Assembly: GCA_963693055.1 (NCBI GenBank)
Contig: OY843751.1
Location: 3,168,001-3,232,000 of the forward strand
From: a bacterium
Lineage (GTDB): Bacteria; Zhuqueibacterota; Zhuqueibacteria; Residuimicrobiales; Krinioviventaceae
DNA length: 64,000 nt
Reading direction: 5' to 3'
Part shown: positions 18,988 through 28,853 of the stretch, piece after piece
Layout: every line of letters starts with the position of its first letter
How positions within the stretch are numbered: the first letter of the stretch is position 1
Notes under the pieces: model-generated
Database searches by the model: none
What the model was told of the DNA's origin: nothing
The model's input: the letters and a program-made list of their open reading frames with translations, nothing else
Translations under genes and position numbers: made by a program

Positions 18988-20036
18988 ACTTCTTTTTGCA
19001 AATGTTCAATTAAAGCTGAAGCACATTGATCAAGGGGAATAATTTTATCAACTGCACCCATTTTAATAGCTTCTTTTGGCATACCAAAAACAACACAGCT
19101 TTTTTCATCCTGGGCAAAGGTATAAGCGCCATTATCATGCATTGCCTGTAAGCCTTTAGCTCCATCTGCCCCCATCCCGGTAAGAATCATTCCAAGGGCA
19201 TTAGAGCCGGCATTTCGGGCAACAGAATGGAATAAAACATCTACACTGGGACGCTGATGATGTACGGGAGGACCATCTTTTAAAGAAACATAATATTTTG
19301 CGCCGCTTCTTTGTAACAGCATATGACTGTTACCCGGAGCAACCAATACCATTCCAGGAACAACATAATCATTATCCCGGGCTTCTCGTACTTCGAGTTC
19401 ACAGATACTGTTTAATCTGGCAGCAAAAGATGCTGTAAACACTTCAGGCATATGTTGTACAATAACAATACCCGGCATTACTGATGGCAAATTCTGTAAT
19501 ACAACCTCAACAGCTTTGGTTCCACCAGTTGAAGCACCAATAGCAATTACTTTGTGGGTTGTTTTAAGTTCAAATGATTTGGATTTTGATGCAGCAACGG
19601 CAGGCGATTGAACTGTAGCTGTTTTATCCTTTGGTAAAGACACTTTAGTATTAGCAGCAGCAGCTGTTCTAACTGCACGCACCATTCTATTTATATCAGG
19701 TGTAGAAAAGCCTGAACCTGGTTTGCTGACAACATCAATAGCACCAAGTTCAAGTGCTCGGAGGGCAGTTTCGCTATTTTCAGGTGTTAATGAGCTAACA
19801 ATAACCACCGGCATGGGATAATGTTTCATCAATTTCTCCAGAAATGACAAACCATCCATTCGTGGCATTTCTATATCAAGAGTTAACACATCAGGCTGCA
19901 GTTTAACAATTTTCTCCCGCGCCATATATGGATCAGTTGCAGAACCTACAACATCAAAATCATCAATTTTACTTAATTCTTCGGATAATATTTTTCGAAC
20001 CAAAGCCGAATCATCTACAACTAGTATTTTAATCAC
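18984..20036 (-). CDS. cheB: Chemotaxis methylesterase CheB
   Basis: REC plus IGASTGG, VQHMP, RPSVDVLF, LTGMGADG. Confidence 0.98.
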   Translation of the reverse strand: MIKILVVDDSALVRKILSEELSKIDDFDVVGSATDPYMAREKIVKLQPDVLTLDIEMPRMDGLSFLEKLMKHYPMPVVIVSSLTPENSETALRALELGAIDVVSKPGSGFSTPDINRMVRAVRTAAAANTKVSLPKDKTATVQSPAVAASKSKSFELKTTHKVIAIGASTGGTKAVEVVLQNLPSVMPGIVIVQHMPEVFTASFAARLNSICELEVREARDNDYVVPGMVLVAPGNSHMLLQRSGAKYYVSLKDGPPVHHQRPSVDVLFHSVARNAGSNALGMILTGMGADGAKGLQAMHDNGAYTFAQDEKSCVVFGMPKEAIKMGAVDKIIPLDQCASALIEHLQKEV

Positions 20037-20050
20037 TGCTATACCTCAAG

Positions 20051-20503
20051 TTAAATACTATTTTTATTATAATGCCAATAAACATTTACCAGCCCTTCAT
20101 CAAAGGGAATCTTGACTTTGACACGTTCATATTCACTACCAGAATAATCACTAATAAAATCATCTACAATTTCAGGGGCACTAAGGCGATATTGCTTATC
20201 CTTACCGGCCAGTTGTGGCAAGATGTTGCCACAAATCACATTAGCAACTTCTTTTAATGCGTCTAATTGTTGTTCTATTGGAATATCATCTTCAGCCAAA
20301 ATATTTTGCGCCAATACAGGTAACGCGCTATCAGGCAGCTTTATATAAAATCCACCATCAGTAAACCCGGAAAATCTTACCAGTGTCATTTTAGTACTAA
20401 CATCTGCATCTTCAGGCTCATCCGGAACGGGCATAAAAAAAGCCAATTCTTCAAAAGTTTTAACTGAAAAATCAAACAAAACCTGTTCTAACTTATCCAT
20501 CAA
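20051..20503 (-). CDS. cheX: CheX-family phosphatase
   Basis: DALKEVANVICGN (E-x-x-N), V.FSG...G; coupled to cheY. Confidence 0.8.
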   Translation of the reverse strand: MMDKLEQVLFDFSVKTFEELAFFMPVPDEPEDADVSTKMTLVRFSGFTDGGFYIKLPDSALPVLAQNILAEDDIPIEQQLDALKEVANVICGNILPQLAGKDKQYRLSAPEIVDDFISDYSGSEYERVKVKIPFDEGLVNVYWHYNKNSI

Positions 20504-20876
20504 TATCTCCTAATAAATCCATAACAACCTGTTCAAGTTCTTCAGGTTGGAATGGTTTATGAATAAACAACGCACCTTTACTTTTTAATATATCAATTGT
20601 TGCTTCACTACTTTCCGAAGAAATTACAACAACAGCCATATCTTCAGTATCCGGATTATTACGAATTTTGTCTATCATTACATCACCGCTCATAACCGGC
20701 ATATTAATATCTACTAAAATGAGGTCTACCCAATTGTCATCTATAATATTAAGCCCTTCTTGCCCATTACTTGCTTCAAAAATGTTACGAATCGGGATGT
20801 CGCAAATGTTCAAAACGCGCTTTATCATTGCCCGCATTACTGAACTATCATCCACTATCAAAACATTCAACGACAT
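20493..20876 (-). CDS. cheY: CheY-like response regulator
   Basis: VLIVDDS, LVDINMP, ISSE, IHKPF. Confidence 0.88.
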   Translation of the reverse strand: MSLNVLIVDDSSVMRAMIKRVLNICDIPIRNIFEASNGQEGLNIIDDNWVDLILVDINMPVMSGDVMIDKIRNNPDTEDMAVVVISSESSEATIDILKSKGALFIHKPFQPEELEQVVMDLLGDIDG

Positions 20877-20895
20877 TTATATACCTCCATTGGTA

Positions 20896-21378
20896 TTACA
20901 ATTCTTTATCTACACCTTGAGATTTTACAATCACACTTCCAGTATTGATATCTATTGAAATATTTCTGGTAATATTTGAACCAACATCAAAAGATTTTAA
21001 CATGATTCCTTTTTTCCATAACAGCTTGCGAAACATTGTAAAGTTTCGTTTACCAATTTCAAAAATATCATTTTCACCGGGCTTTTTAAAACTCGCTCCA
21101 CCTGCAACCTTGACTACCAGTGATCTTGGATTTGCACCCAATTTCACACACTCGTTTAACATAGCTTCTACCCCGGTATCAACAAACATATAAGGGTTCT
21201 TTTTAGCTTTTTCAACATCAATTGAAGATTGCGGCAACATAACATGCAACAATGCTCCAATCTTTGTTCTGGGATCATAAACAGTGATCCCCAAACAGCT
21301 TCCAAGTGCATATGTTATTAGTGTATCAGCAGGGTCTGTTGAAATTATCATTTCAGCGATACCCACAATCCGTTTCAA
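20896..21378 (-). CDS. cheD: Chemoreceptor deamidase CheD
   Basis: TYALGSCLG, LLHVMLP, KVAGGA, IGKRN, DVG. Confidence 0.96.
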   Translation of the reverse strand: MKRIVGIAEMIISTDPADTLITYALGSCLGITVYDPRTKIGALLHVMLPQSSIDVEKAKKNPYMFVDTGVEAMLNECVKLGANPRSLVVKVAGGASFKKPGENDIFEIGKRNFTMFRKLLWKKGIMLKSFDVGSNITRNISIDINTGSVIVKSQGVDKEL

Positions 21379-21397
21379 TACTTACTCCTCGGGTATT

Positions 21398-22237
21398 TCA
21401 AACACGTTTTTGATAAACCGCCGGTTGAATATAGGTAAACTTGTGCTCCGACGATGTTAAACTTTCAGAATGCCCAACAAACAAATAACCATTGTTAGCA
21501 ATTAACGAATAAAAACGATTGATTAAACGTTGACGGGTTTCTTTATCAAAATAAATCATAACATTACGACAAAAAATAATATCAAAGGGACCTTTCATTG
21601 GCCAATCTCCCATTAAATTCAAATAAGCATATTTAACAAGAGATTTAATATTGTTTTGCGCTTGGTAAACAACCTTGTCTTGATTTTTCGTTTTCGTAAA
21701 ATATTTATTCAACCTTCCCGCGGAAACTTCGGTTGCAATATTTTCACTAAATTGGCCCAACTTGGCAATTTCCAACATTTCATTAGAAATATCAGTCGCC
21801 AATATTTTGAAATCACGCTTTGCAATATCCGGGAATTCATCATGAAGAACCATTGAGATAGTATAAGGTTCAGCTCCCGATGAACAACCCGCACTCCATA
21901 TTCGCATCGCTTTATTATTATTTTTAAATTCGGGCAAAAAAGTATTTGTCATATAATCAAAATGCTGTTGCTCACGAAAAAAATTGGTTTTATTAGTTGT
22001 AATGATATCTATCATTTGTTCTAATTCTTTAGAATTTGCTTCCTCTGAAACAAAATCAATATAACTTTCAAACGAATCTAAATTTAACAAACGTAAGCGT
22101 TTGAGCAATCGTGACTTTACGAGTCCCAATTTATTAGGCGGTAAATAAATTCCAGCAATATCATAAACAATTTTACTTATACGCTCAAACGAAGAACGTT
22201 TTAAATCAAGTGACAATAAATCTAATGCCATATTCAA
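21398..22237 (-). CDS. cheR: Chemotaxis methyltransferase CheR
   Basis: TTNKTNFFRE, IWSAGCSSG.EPY, ATDIS, IFCRNVMIYF, GHSESL. Confidence 0.98.
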   Translation of the reverse strand: MNMALDLLSLDLKRSSFERISKIVYDIAGIYLPPNKLGLVKSRLLKRLRLLNLDSFESYIDFVSEEANSKELEQMIDIITTNKTNFFREQQHFDYMTNTFLPEFKNNNKAMRIWSAGCSSGAEPYTISMVLHDEFPDIAKRDFKILATDISNEMLEIAKLGQFSENIATEVSAGRLNKYFTKTKNQDKVVYQAQNNIKSLVKYAYLNLMGDWPMKGPFDIIFCRNVMIYFDKETRQRLINRFYSLIANNGYLFVGHSESLTSSEHKFTYIQPAVYQKRV

Positions 22238-22259
22238 TTTCCTTTTGATACTACAAAGG

Positions 22260-22943
22260 TTACAATCGTTTTTGTGTTTCTAAGCTTATATTTTCAACCA
22301 GATTAAATAATGGACTATCTGGAGGCATTTCTTCCTTGAGTTGTTCTGCATAAACCGCAATCTTGCCCAAAGCCTCTCGCTGCTCTATAATTGCACGTTC
22401 CCACTTTTTTTGAGCTTGAAAAAAATGATCAATTTTTGCATCAATTGATTTCAAATATGGATGAAGATCAGGATCATCAAGCATATCTCGTTTCTCAATC
22501 AAGTCCAGGATTTCATTATGCAGTGTTTTATATATATTTATAGTATTTATCGGATTAATAAAACTCTTGTAATCCAATACACGTTTAATTTTCTCGCGCA
22601 AATCTTTGATTGAAAATGGTTTGTAAAAATAATCAAAAGCGCCTAATTTCATAGCTTCAATAGCTGTTTCAATAGTAGCATAACCAGTTACCATAATCAC
22701 TTCTGTATCTATTGCTTCTTTTTTCACATATCGAAGCAAATCCATACCCCCTTCCTGATTATTTTCCAATCCTGGCATGTTTTTATCAGTAACCACAATA
22801 TCATATTTATTTTCTTTAAGATATTTGATTGCATTTTGAACTGTTGCAGAACTATCAACTGTATATCCTGAATCTACAAGAATACCAGCAATTAAAGATC
22901 TGGAGTCATCTTCATCATCTACAACAAGAATTCTTATTTCCAT
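22260..22943 (-). CDS. Response regulator (REC + uncharacterised helical C-terminus)
   Basis: ILVVDDE, VTDKNMP, VTGYA, GAFDYFYKPF; C-terminal ~100 aa helical. Confidence 0.85.
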   Translation of the reverse strand: MEIRILVVDDEDDSRSLIAGILVDSGYTVDSSATVQNAIKYLKENKYDIVVTDKNMPGLENNQEGGMDLLRYVKKEAIDTEVIMVTGYATIETAIEAMKLGAFDYFYKPFSIKDLREKIKRVLDYKSFINPINTINIYKTLHNEILDLIEKRDMLDDPDLHPYLKSIDAKIDHFFQAQKKWERAIIEQREALGKIAVYAEQLKEEMPPDSPLFNLVENISLETQKRL

Positions 22944-22983
22944 TTTTACACCTTACAAGCTTGTGGATCGGTTAATAATTTAA

Positions 22984-23802
22984 TCAGGCTGTTTGCACAT
23001 CAATGGTTTTATTTACATTTGACAGTATCTTTTCAATATCTAAAAGTATTTTAACACTACTGTCAACCTTTGCCATACCTAATATATAGTCTGTATCAAT
23101 ATTAGTACCAAAAGCGGGTACAGATTCAATATCATCAGCAGAAATATTTAAAACCTCTGAAACCTTGTCAACAATAATACCTTTTTCACCTAATCGGGTC
23201 TGCACTACAATTATACAGGTTTCCTGAGTAGCTTCAATTTCTTCCATTAAAAACTTTGAGCGCATATCAACAACCGATACAATTTTTCCGCGCAAATTAA
23301 TTACGCCTTTAATAAAACGTTTTGTGCGGGGTACGCGGGTTATGGGTAATAAGCCCATAATTTCTTTTACTTTGGTAATTTCTATACCATAATCTTCACC
23401 AGCTAGAACAAATGTAAGATATTTGCCTTCGAGTTCCAGGTTCTTTTTAACAGCAGAACCTTTTGCATCTTGCTTCACATCCCGGTTCTTTTGTAATAAA
23501 GCTTTTGATGCACTTTGTAAACCTGTTTCTACTTTAGGGGCAGATTTTTGATTACTTGGTTTCTCCGGTTCAGACTTAACAGCTTGTGGTTCAGGCTGTT
23601 TTGGGCTTTCGGCTTTTGGCTCCTGTTTGACAGGTTCTGTCTTGACATTAGCTTTTGATTCGGATTTGACAGGTTCTGCAGCCTTTGGCTCAACTTTTTG
23701 AGCTGGTTTACTCTCTGTTTTTTCTTCACTTGGTTTTGGATCTTGACTGCTGTCACCAATCCAGCTTAGCGGATCAGCACCTAATCTATCTTTCTTTGCC
23801 AT
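22984..23802 (-). CDS. cheW: CheW with long N-terminal disordered extension (ParP-like)
   Basis: C-terminal GKYLTF.L..EDYGI, GVINLRGKI; N-terminal KKDRLGADPLSWI then P/K/E/Q-rich linker. Confidence 0.9.
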   Translation of the reverse strand: MAKKDRLGADPLSWIGDSSQDPKPSEEKTESKPAQKVEPKAAEPVKSESKANVKTEPVKQEPKAESPKQPEPQAVKSEPEKPSNQKSAPKVETGLQSASKALLQKNRDVKQDAKGSAVKKNLELEGKYLTFVLAGEDYGIEITKVKEIMGLLPITRVPRTKRFIKGVINLRGKIVSVVDMRSKFLMEEIEATQETCIIVVQTRLGEKGIIVDKVSEVLNISADDIESVPAFGTNIDTDYILGMAKVDSSVKILLDIEKILSNVNKTIDVQTA

Positions 23803-23806
23803 GAAA

Positions 23807-24559
23807 TTATCCTCTGTTAATAATTTCCTCGGTTAATTTTCTATAATCTTCTGCTCCCCTGCTTTTGGGCTTGTAATCAAAAATTGACATTCCAAAACTT
23901 GGGGCTTCTGCAAGGCTTATATTTTCACGAATTACAGTATTAAACATTTTTTCACCAAAATGAGATTGTATTCGCTCTGCTACCTCATTATGAAGACGTT
24001 TACGTTTATCAAATTGAGTACAAATGATACCGGTAATATCTAATTGAGAGTTTAATCGTTTTTTTACAATTTCTACAGTTTCCAGGAGTTTTGCCAGGCC
24101 CTGCATAGGTAAAAATTCTGTTTGCAGGGTAATATATACTTGTTGAACTGTTGTTAAAGCATTTAATGTGAGTAAGCCTAACGATGGTGAACAATCAATT
24201 ATCAAATAATCATAATTTTGAAATTCTTCCAACTTTTCTTTAAGAATAAACTCTCTGCCAGGCATAGTAGAAAATTCAATATCCGCACCACTTAGACTAA
24301 GATTTGAAGGTACAATATCTAAATTCTCTCTTTGAATCAATATATCAGATAGAGGAATATCTTGTTTTAAAACATCGTATATAGTATAATCAAGATCATG
24401 GGCCATTACACCTAAAGAATAGGTCAAATTTGCCTGGGGATCAAGATCAACCAGCAATACTTTTTTTCCATACATTGCCAAGCCGGCACCAATATTTACT
24501 GCTGTTGTGGTTTTACCAACTCCACCTTTTTGATTTAATATTGCAATTGAATGCATCAA
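23807..24559 (-). CDS. parA: ParA/Soj-family ATPase (ParC/PpfA-like)
   Basis: NQKGGVGKTTT, DLDPQANLT, IDCSPSLG, IRENI.LAEAPS. Confidence 0.93.
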   Translation of the reverse strand: MMHSIAILNQKGGVGKTTTAVNIGAGLAMYGKKVLLVDLDPQANLTYSLGVMAHDLDYTIYDVLKQDIPLSDILIQRENLDIVPSNLSLSGADIEFSTMPGREFILKEKLEEFQNYDYLIIDCSPSLGLLTLNALTTVQQVYITLQTEFLPMQGLAKLLETVEIVKKRLNSQLDITGIICTQFDKRKRLHNEVAERIQSHFGEKMFNTVIRENISLAEAPSFGMSIFDYKPKSRGAEDYRKLTEEIINRG

Positions 24560-24577
24560 TATTCCTTTAATGATAAT

Positions 24578-26338
24578 TTAAAACTCTTTCAAAGTGCTTT
24601 CGTCAGTTCCATTTTGGGATCTTGGTAAATCTTCATCAAATGGAATAAGATTTTTGGGATCATCTTCATCTACTGATTTAACTTTTTTTCTATTATTATT
24701 GGAAAAGGATGATTGATCTATAAAAAAATCATCTCTATCAATTCTTGAACTTGAATCACTAAAAACTTTAGAGTTTTGTGAGGTCAAATTAAACTGTTCA
24801 ACCATACTTTTAATCTCTTCAGTCTGGCTGGACAACTCTTCAGCAGTACTTGCAGATTCTTCAGAATTGGCAGCATTTTGCTGGGTTAATTGGTTCATTT
24901 GTTCAACTGCCGTTGCTATTTGACCAATACCTTCATTTTGTTGGTCAGAAGCTATTGTAATTTCTGCCATAACTTCATTTACTTTATTAACGCTTTCATG
25001 AATTTCATGCAAACTGGTTAATACGTTATCATTCAGTTGAACACCTTGTTCTGCACTCTTGACAGAATCTTCAATCATCATAGCTGTATTTTTTGCAGCT
25101 TCGGCACTATGCATGGCAAGATTTCTTACCTCTTCGGCAACTACTGCAAAACCTTTACCTGCCTCGCCTGCTCTTGCAGCTTCAACCGCAGCATTTAAAG
25201 CTAAAAGGTTCGTTTGAAATGCAATTTCATCTATGGTTTTAATAATTTTAAAGGTTTCATCAGACTTTGACTTGATCATTGTCATAGCATTTGTTAAATC
25301 GTTCATACCAGACATTCCATTAGAAGTACTTGTCTGAGCGTTTTCGGTTAAACTTTTGGCTTCTTTGGCGTTTGCCGTATTCTGATTAGTCATTGACTTC
25401 ATTTCCTGCAAATTACTGGAAACTTCCTCAAGAGAACTTGCCTGTTCTGATGCACCTTGCGCAATTACCTGACTACCCGTACTGATTTGAGTAGTTGCGT
25501 TTGCAATTTGCTGCACACCTAATGAAACCTGTCCCAAGCCATCATCAAGGTTATTCAAAGCTTTATTTAAAGATTCTTTGATGGCAGCAAAATCACCACT
25601 ATAATCACCATCCATACGAATACTAAGATCTTGTTCTGCAACTTTTTGCAAAATATTGGATGCCTTTATTACCGGTTCAGAAATAGCATTTAAAAGACCA
25701 TTTATACCTTTAACAATCTCTTGAAATTGTCCGTTGTGCTGCAATTCATCAGCTCTGGCGCTCAAATTACCTTTTTGACCCTCATTTAACAGAATCTTTA
25801 TTTCATCAACCAGCTTCTGGATATTTATTTTCAATTGTTGCATGGAAATACCCAAATAATCATTTTCAGATAAAATATGCGTATCAACCTGCAGATTCCC
25901 TGCTGATAGCTGTTTGGCAATATTTTCTTTTGCACTCAGCGTTTCACTGATAACATTGAAAACTTGAGCAAGGTCACCCAATTCATCATTACCCGATTTT
26001 TCAAATGTAACATTAAAATCGCCTTTGGATATTTTCTCAGCTTTGCTCAACAAATTTGTTACAGGAAACACAAAGCTACGAACCATCAACAACATTGTAA
26101 GAACCACAACAGCTATACCCAAACCAAATGAAAGGATATAACTTGTAACATGCATTGATCTTGTGATACCAAAGAAATATGAATCTACAGCAACAATGGC
26201 TATAGCACTAAAAAGAAATATGAACAATTTAAAGATTAAACTATTCTTCCAGATAATACGGCTGGCGATTGCCAAACTTGTCCATGATATTACTACAAGT
26301 AAAACATGAATCAAAACAGGTTTAAAAAAAGATTCCAA
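24578..26338 (-). CDS. mcp: Methyl-accepting chemotaxis protein (3 TM, poly-HAMP, C-terminal tether)
   Basis: [37 protein letters not shown]; ends ...TLKEF. Confidence 0.96.
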   Translation of the reverse strand: MESFFKPVLIHVLLVVISWTSLAIASRIIWKNSLIFKLFIFLFSAIAIVAVDSYFFGITRSMHVTSYILSFGLGIAVVVLTMLLMVRSFVFPVTNLLSKAEKISKGDFNVTFEKSGNDELGDLAQVFNVISETLSAKENIAKQLSAGNLQVDTHILSENDYLGISMQQLKINIQKLVDEIKILLNEGQKGNLSARADELQHNGQFQEIVKGINGLLNAISEPVIKASNILQKVAEQDLSIRMDGDYSGDFAAIKESLNKALNNLDDGLGQVSLGVQQIANATTQISTGSQVIAQGASEQASSLEEVSSNLQEMKSMTNQNTANAKEAKSLTENAQTSTSNGMSGMNDLTNAMTMIKSKSDETFKIIKTIDEIAFQTNLLALNAAVEAARAGEAGKGFAVVAEEVRNLAMHSAEAAKNTAMMIEDSVKSAEQGVQLNDNVLTSLHEIHESVNKVNEVMAEITIASDQQNEGIGQIATAVEQMNQLTQQNAANSEESASTAEELSSQTEEIKSMVEQFNLTSQNSKVFSDSSSRIDRDDFFIDQSSFSNNNRKKVKSVDEDDPKNLIPFDEDLPRSQNGTDESTLKEF

Positions 26339-26357
26339 ACTACTACTCTCTTATTTT

Positions 26358-26837
26358 TTAGGCAATTAATTGTTCAACATTTGACATTAAAGCATCAATT
26401 TCCTGAGTAATCACATTTTCAATATCGAGAAGTATTGTAACTCTGTGCTGCATTTTTCCTAAAGCAAGAATAAAATCTGTATTAAGCGCGGTTCCAAAAT
26501 CGGGTGTACTTTCAATATTTTCATCGTGAATATCAATTACTTCTTTAACCTGATCAACCAAAAGTCCCATTCTAACTTTGGACGTTTGAATGATTATGAT
26601 AACGGATTCTTCATCAACAGGTTTAGTAGATATGCCAAAACGACTACGGAGATCCATTATAGGAATTACCTGATCACGCAAATTAATCAAACCCAGAATA
26701 AAATCCGGTGTTTGCGGTATTTCACGTATCTCCATATATTTGATGATTTCAACAATTTTTAATATTTCTATACCATATTCTTCTTTTTCGATTTGAAAAG
26801 TTAAATATTTTCCGCTTAAAGATTCTTTATTTTCCAT
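26358..26837 (-). CDS. cheW: Chemotaxis coupling protein CheW
   Basis: GKYLTF, EYGIEI, GLINLR.QVIPIMDLR, GLLVD.V. Confidence 0.96.
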   Translation of the reverse strand: MENKESLSGKYLTFQIEKEEYGIEILKIVEIIKYMEIREIPQTPDFILGLINLRDQVIPIMDLRSRFGISTKPVDEESVIIIIQTSKVRMGLLVDQVKEVIDIHDENIESTPDFGTALNTDFILALGKMQHRVTILLDIENVITQEIDALMSNVEQLIA

Positions 26838-26980
26838 AACAAAACTCCATATATATTAGTTAATTGGTAGATGTTCTTTCCACCTTAAAATTTTTCTCAA
26901 TTCCCAATAATTTCAAAAAATGTTATATTTTTCAATTAACCAATAAAAATAAACTTTTCCACCAATAAACTAAATTCTCA

Positions 26981-28819
26981 TCATTGTGGTGTTAATTTAA
27001 ATTTTTCAATCATATTACGCATATCGGCAGATTGACTTGCCAATTCTTCAGCAGAGCTTGCAGACTCTTCAGAATTAGCCGCTGTTTGTTGCGTAACCTG
27101 GTTCATCTGTTCAACCGCAGAGTTTACCTGATCAATGCCCTGGTTCTGTTCATTAGATGCAGCAGCAATTTCTGCCATCACTTCACCAACCTTGATCACC
27201 CGTTCATTGATTTCCATCAAATTACTAAGTACTTTTTCATTCAGTTCTACACCACTATTGGCATTTTTAACAGATTCTTCAATCAAATTAGAAGTATCTT
27301 TGGCTGCTTCAGCACTTCGCATTGCCAAATTTCTAACTTCTTCAGCAACTACCGCAAAGCCTTTACCTGCTTCACCGGCTCGAGCCGCTTCTACTGCAGC
27401 ATTTAAGGCCAGCAAATTGGTTTGGAAAGCAATTTCGTCAATTGTTTGAACAATTTTAGACGTTTCATCTGACGAATCTTTAATCTTTTCAATGGCAATT
27501 GACAAATCATTCATACTGTCAACACCAGTTGATGTACTATCCTGTGCACTTTGGGCAAGATTTTTTGCTTCATTTGCATTGGCAGTAGTCCGACTAATGC
27601 TGGATGACATTTCCTGTAAACTGCTTGATACTTCTTCTAGAGAACTTGCCTGATCTGAAGCGCCATTAGCAACAGATTGACTGCCATTGCTAATTTCACG
27701 CGATGCTACGGAAACCTGACCTACCATATTTGCAACTTTACCAAGACTGTCATCAAGATGATCAAGCGCAACATTCAGGGTGTTTATTATTTCGGCATGC
27801 TTTCCTTTAAAATCACCTTTAACACGAACACAAAGGTCATGGTTTGCTACCTGGTTCAATACTTTAACCAATTCATTAATAGGACCTAATAATGCATCAA
27901 GGGTATCATTAAAGCCATGGATAATTTTTGCAAAATCACCACCATGTTTACTTGCATCAGCACGATAATCAAGATCGCCACGAACAGCAGCATCTGCAAG
28001 TGTATTGGCATCGCTGACAACCGCTTGCACGCTGGCTTTCATTGTGTTCATGGCAATACCCAATGTATCATCGTCCGATAATACATGTACATCAACATTG
28101 AGATTACCTTGTGAAATCTGATATGCAACATCAGCCCGTTGTTTCTGAGACGAGATCATTTCTGAAAAAGAATCTGCCAATTCACCAATTTCATCACTTC
28201 GATTGATGTTAATTTCTGTGTCCAACTTGCCCAAGGCAAATTCCTTGGCAATTTTGGTAATTTTTTTAATTGGATTCACTATCATATTAGAAACAATGAT
28301 TGTAATTGCTACAAATATAGCAATCATAATAATTGCTAAAATAATTGTTGTTCCCTGAGCAGCTGCCAAAGCCTTATTTCGTTCCTCAAGATGAATACCA
28401 ATTGTCATTTTACCCAATTCAGAACCTTCTTCACCAACTGCACGTTGATAAAAGATTTCATTCTTTATTTTTTTCAGTCCTTCTTCTGTCTTGTCTGTAA
28501 TTTCAGGTACACCTTCATCTCGATATTCAAAAATTTCTGTTCCTGCTTTATTCGAAACTGAAACATAAGAAATATTTTTTTGAGCGGTAAACGCTGTCAT
28601 TGAATTTCCTACTTCATCAGCATCATCAAATTCTAAACCCAAAGTAACTGCTTCACTGGCGATATCAGTCATCACTTGAAGTGATGATTTCAAATTTTTG
28701 TCTAATGCAGTTTTGGTAATATTTGAATTAATAAAAATAACTCCCAGCATCAATACAATAATCGTCGCTATAAAGTACACCATCATCTTTGACCGTAATC
28801 CAAGAGCATTTAAATTCAT
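26981..28819 (-). CDS. mcp: Methyl-accepting chemotaxis protein (2 TM, periplasmic sensor, poly-HAMP)
   Basis: MCP hairpin signature; start moved from 28906 to ATG 28819, which follows GGAGGA and avoids overlap with cheA. Confidence 0.95.
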   Translation of the reverse strand: MNLNALGLRSKMMVYFIATIIVLMLGVIFINSNITKTALDKNLKSSLQVMTDIASEAVTLGLEFDDADEVGNSMTAFTAQKNISYVSVSNKAGTEIFEYRDEGVPEITDKTEEGLKKIKNEIFYQRAVGEEGSELGKMTIGIHLEERNKALAAAQGTTIILAIIMIAIFVAITIIVSNMIVNPIKKITKIAKEFALGKLDTEININRSDEIGELADSFSEMISSQKQRADVAYQISQGNLNVDVHVLSDDDTLGIAMNTMKASVQAVVSDANTLADAAVRGDLDYRADASKHGGDFAKIIHGFNDTLDALLGPINELVKVLNQVANHDLCVRVKGDFKGKHAEIINTLNVALDHLDDSLGKVANMVGQVSVASREISNGSQSVANGASDQASSLEEVSSSLQEMSSSISRTTANANEAKNLAQSAQDSTSTGVDSMNDLSIAIEKIKDSSDETSKIVQTIDEIAFQTNLLALNAAVEAARAGEAGKGFAVVAEEVRNLAMRSAEAAKDTSNLIEESVKNANSGVELNEKVLSNLMEINERVIKVGEVMAEIAAASNEQNQGIDQVNSAVEQMNQVTQQTAANSEESASSAEELASQSADMRNMIEKFKLTPQ

Positions 28820-28853
28820 TAATCGTCCTCCATCCTTTTTGGTAATAATAAAA

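Noticed and set aside
26838-26980. AT-rich spacer with CCAATAA three times and TTTCCACC twice
   Set aside because: Irregular spacing, low complexity, no usable ORF (ATG ATG AGA ATT TAG) and no promoter match; not distinguishable from chance.
24800-27700. Nucleotide similarity between the two MCP genes as a repeat element
   Set aside because: Explained by the conserved MCP signalling domain in paralogues.
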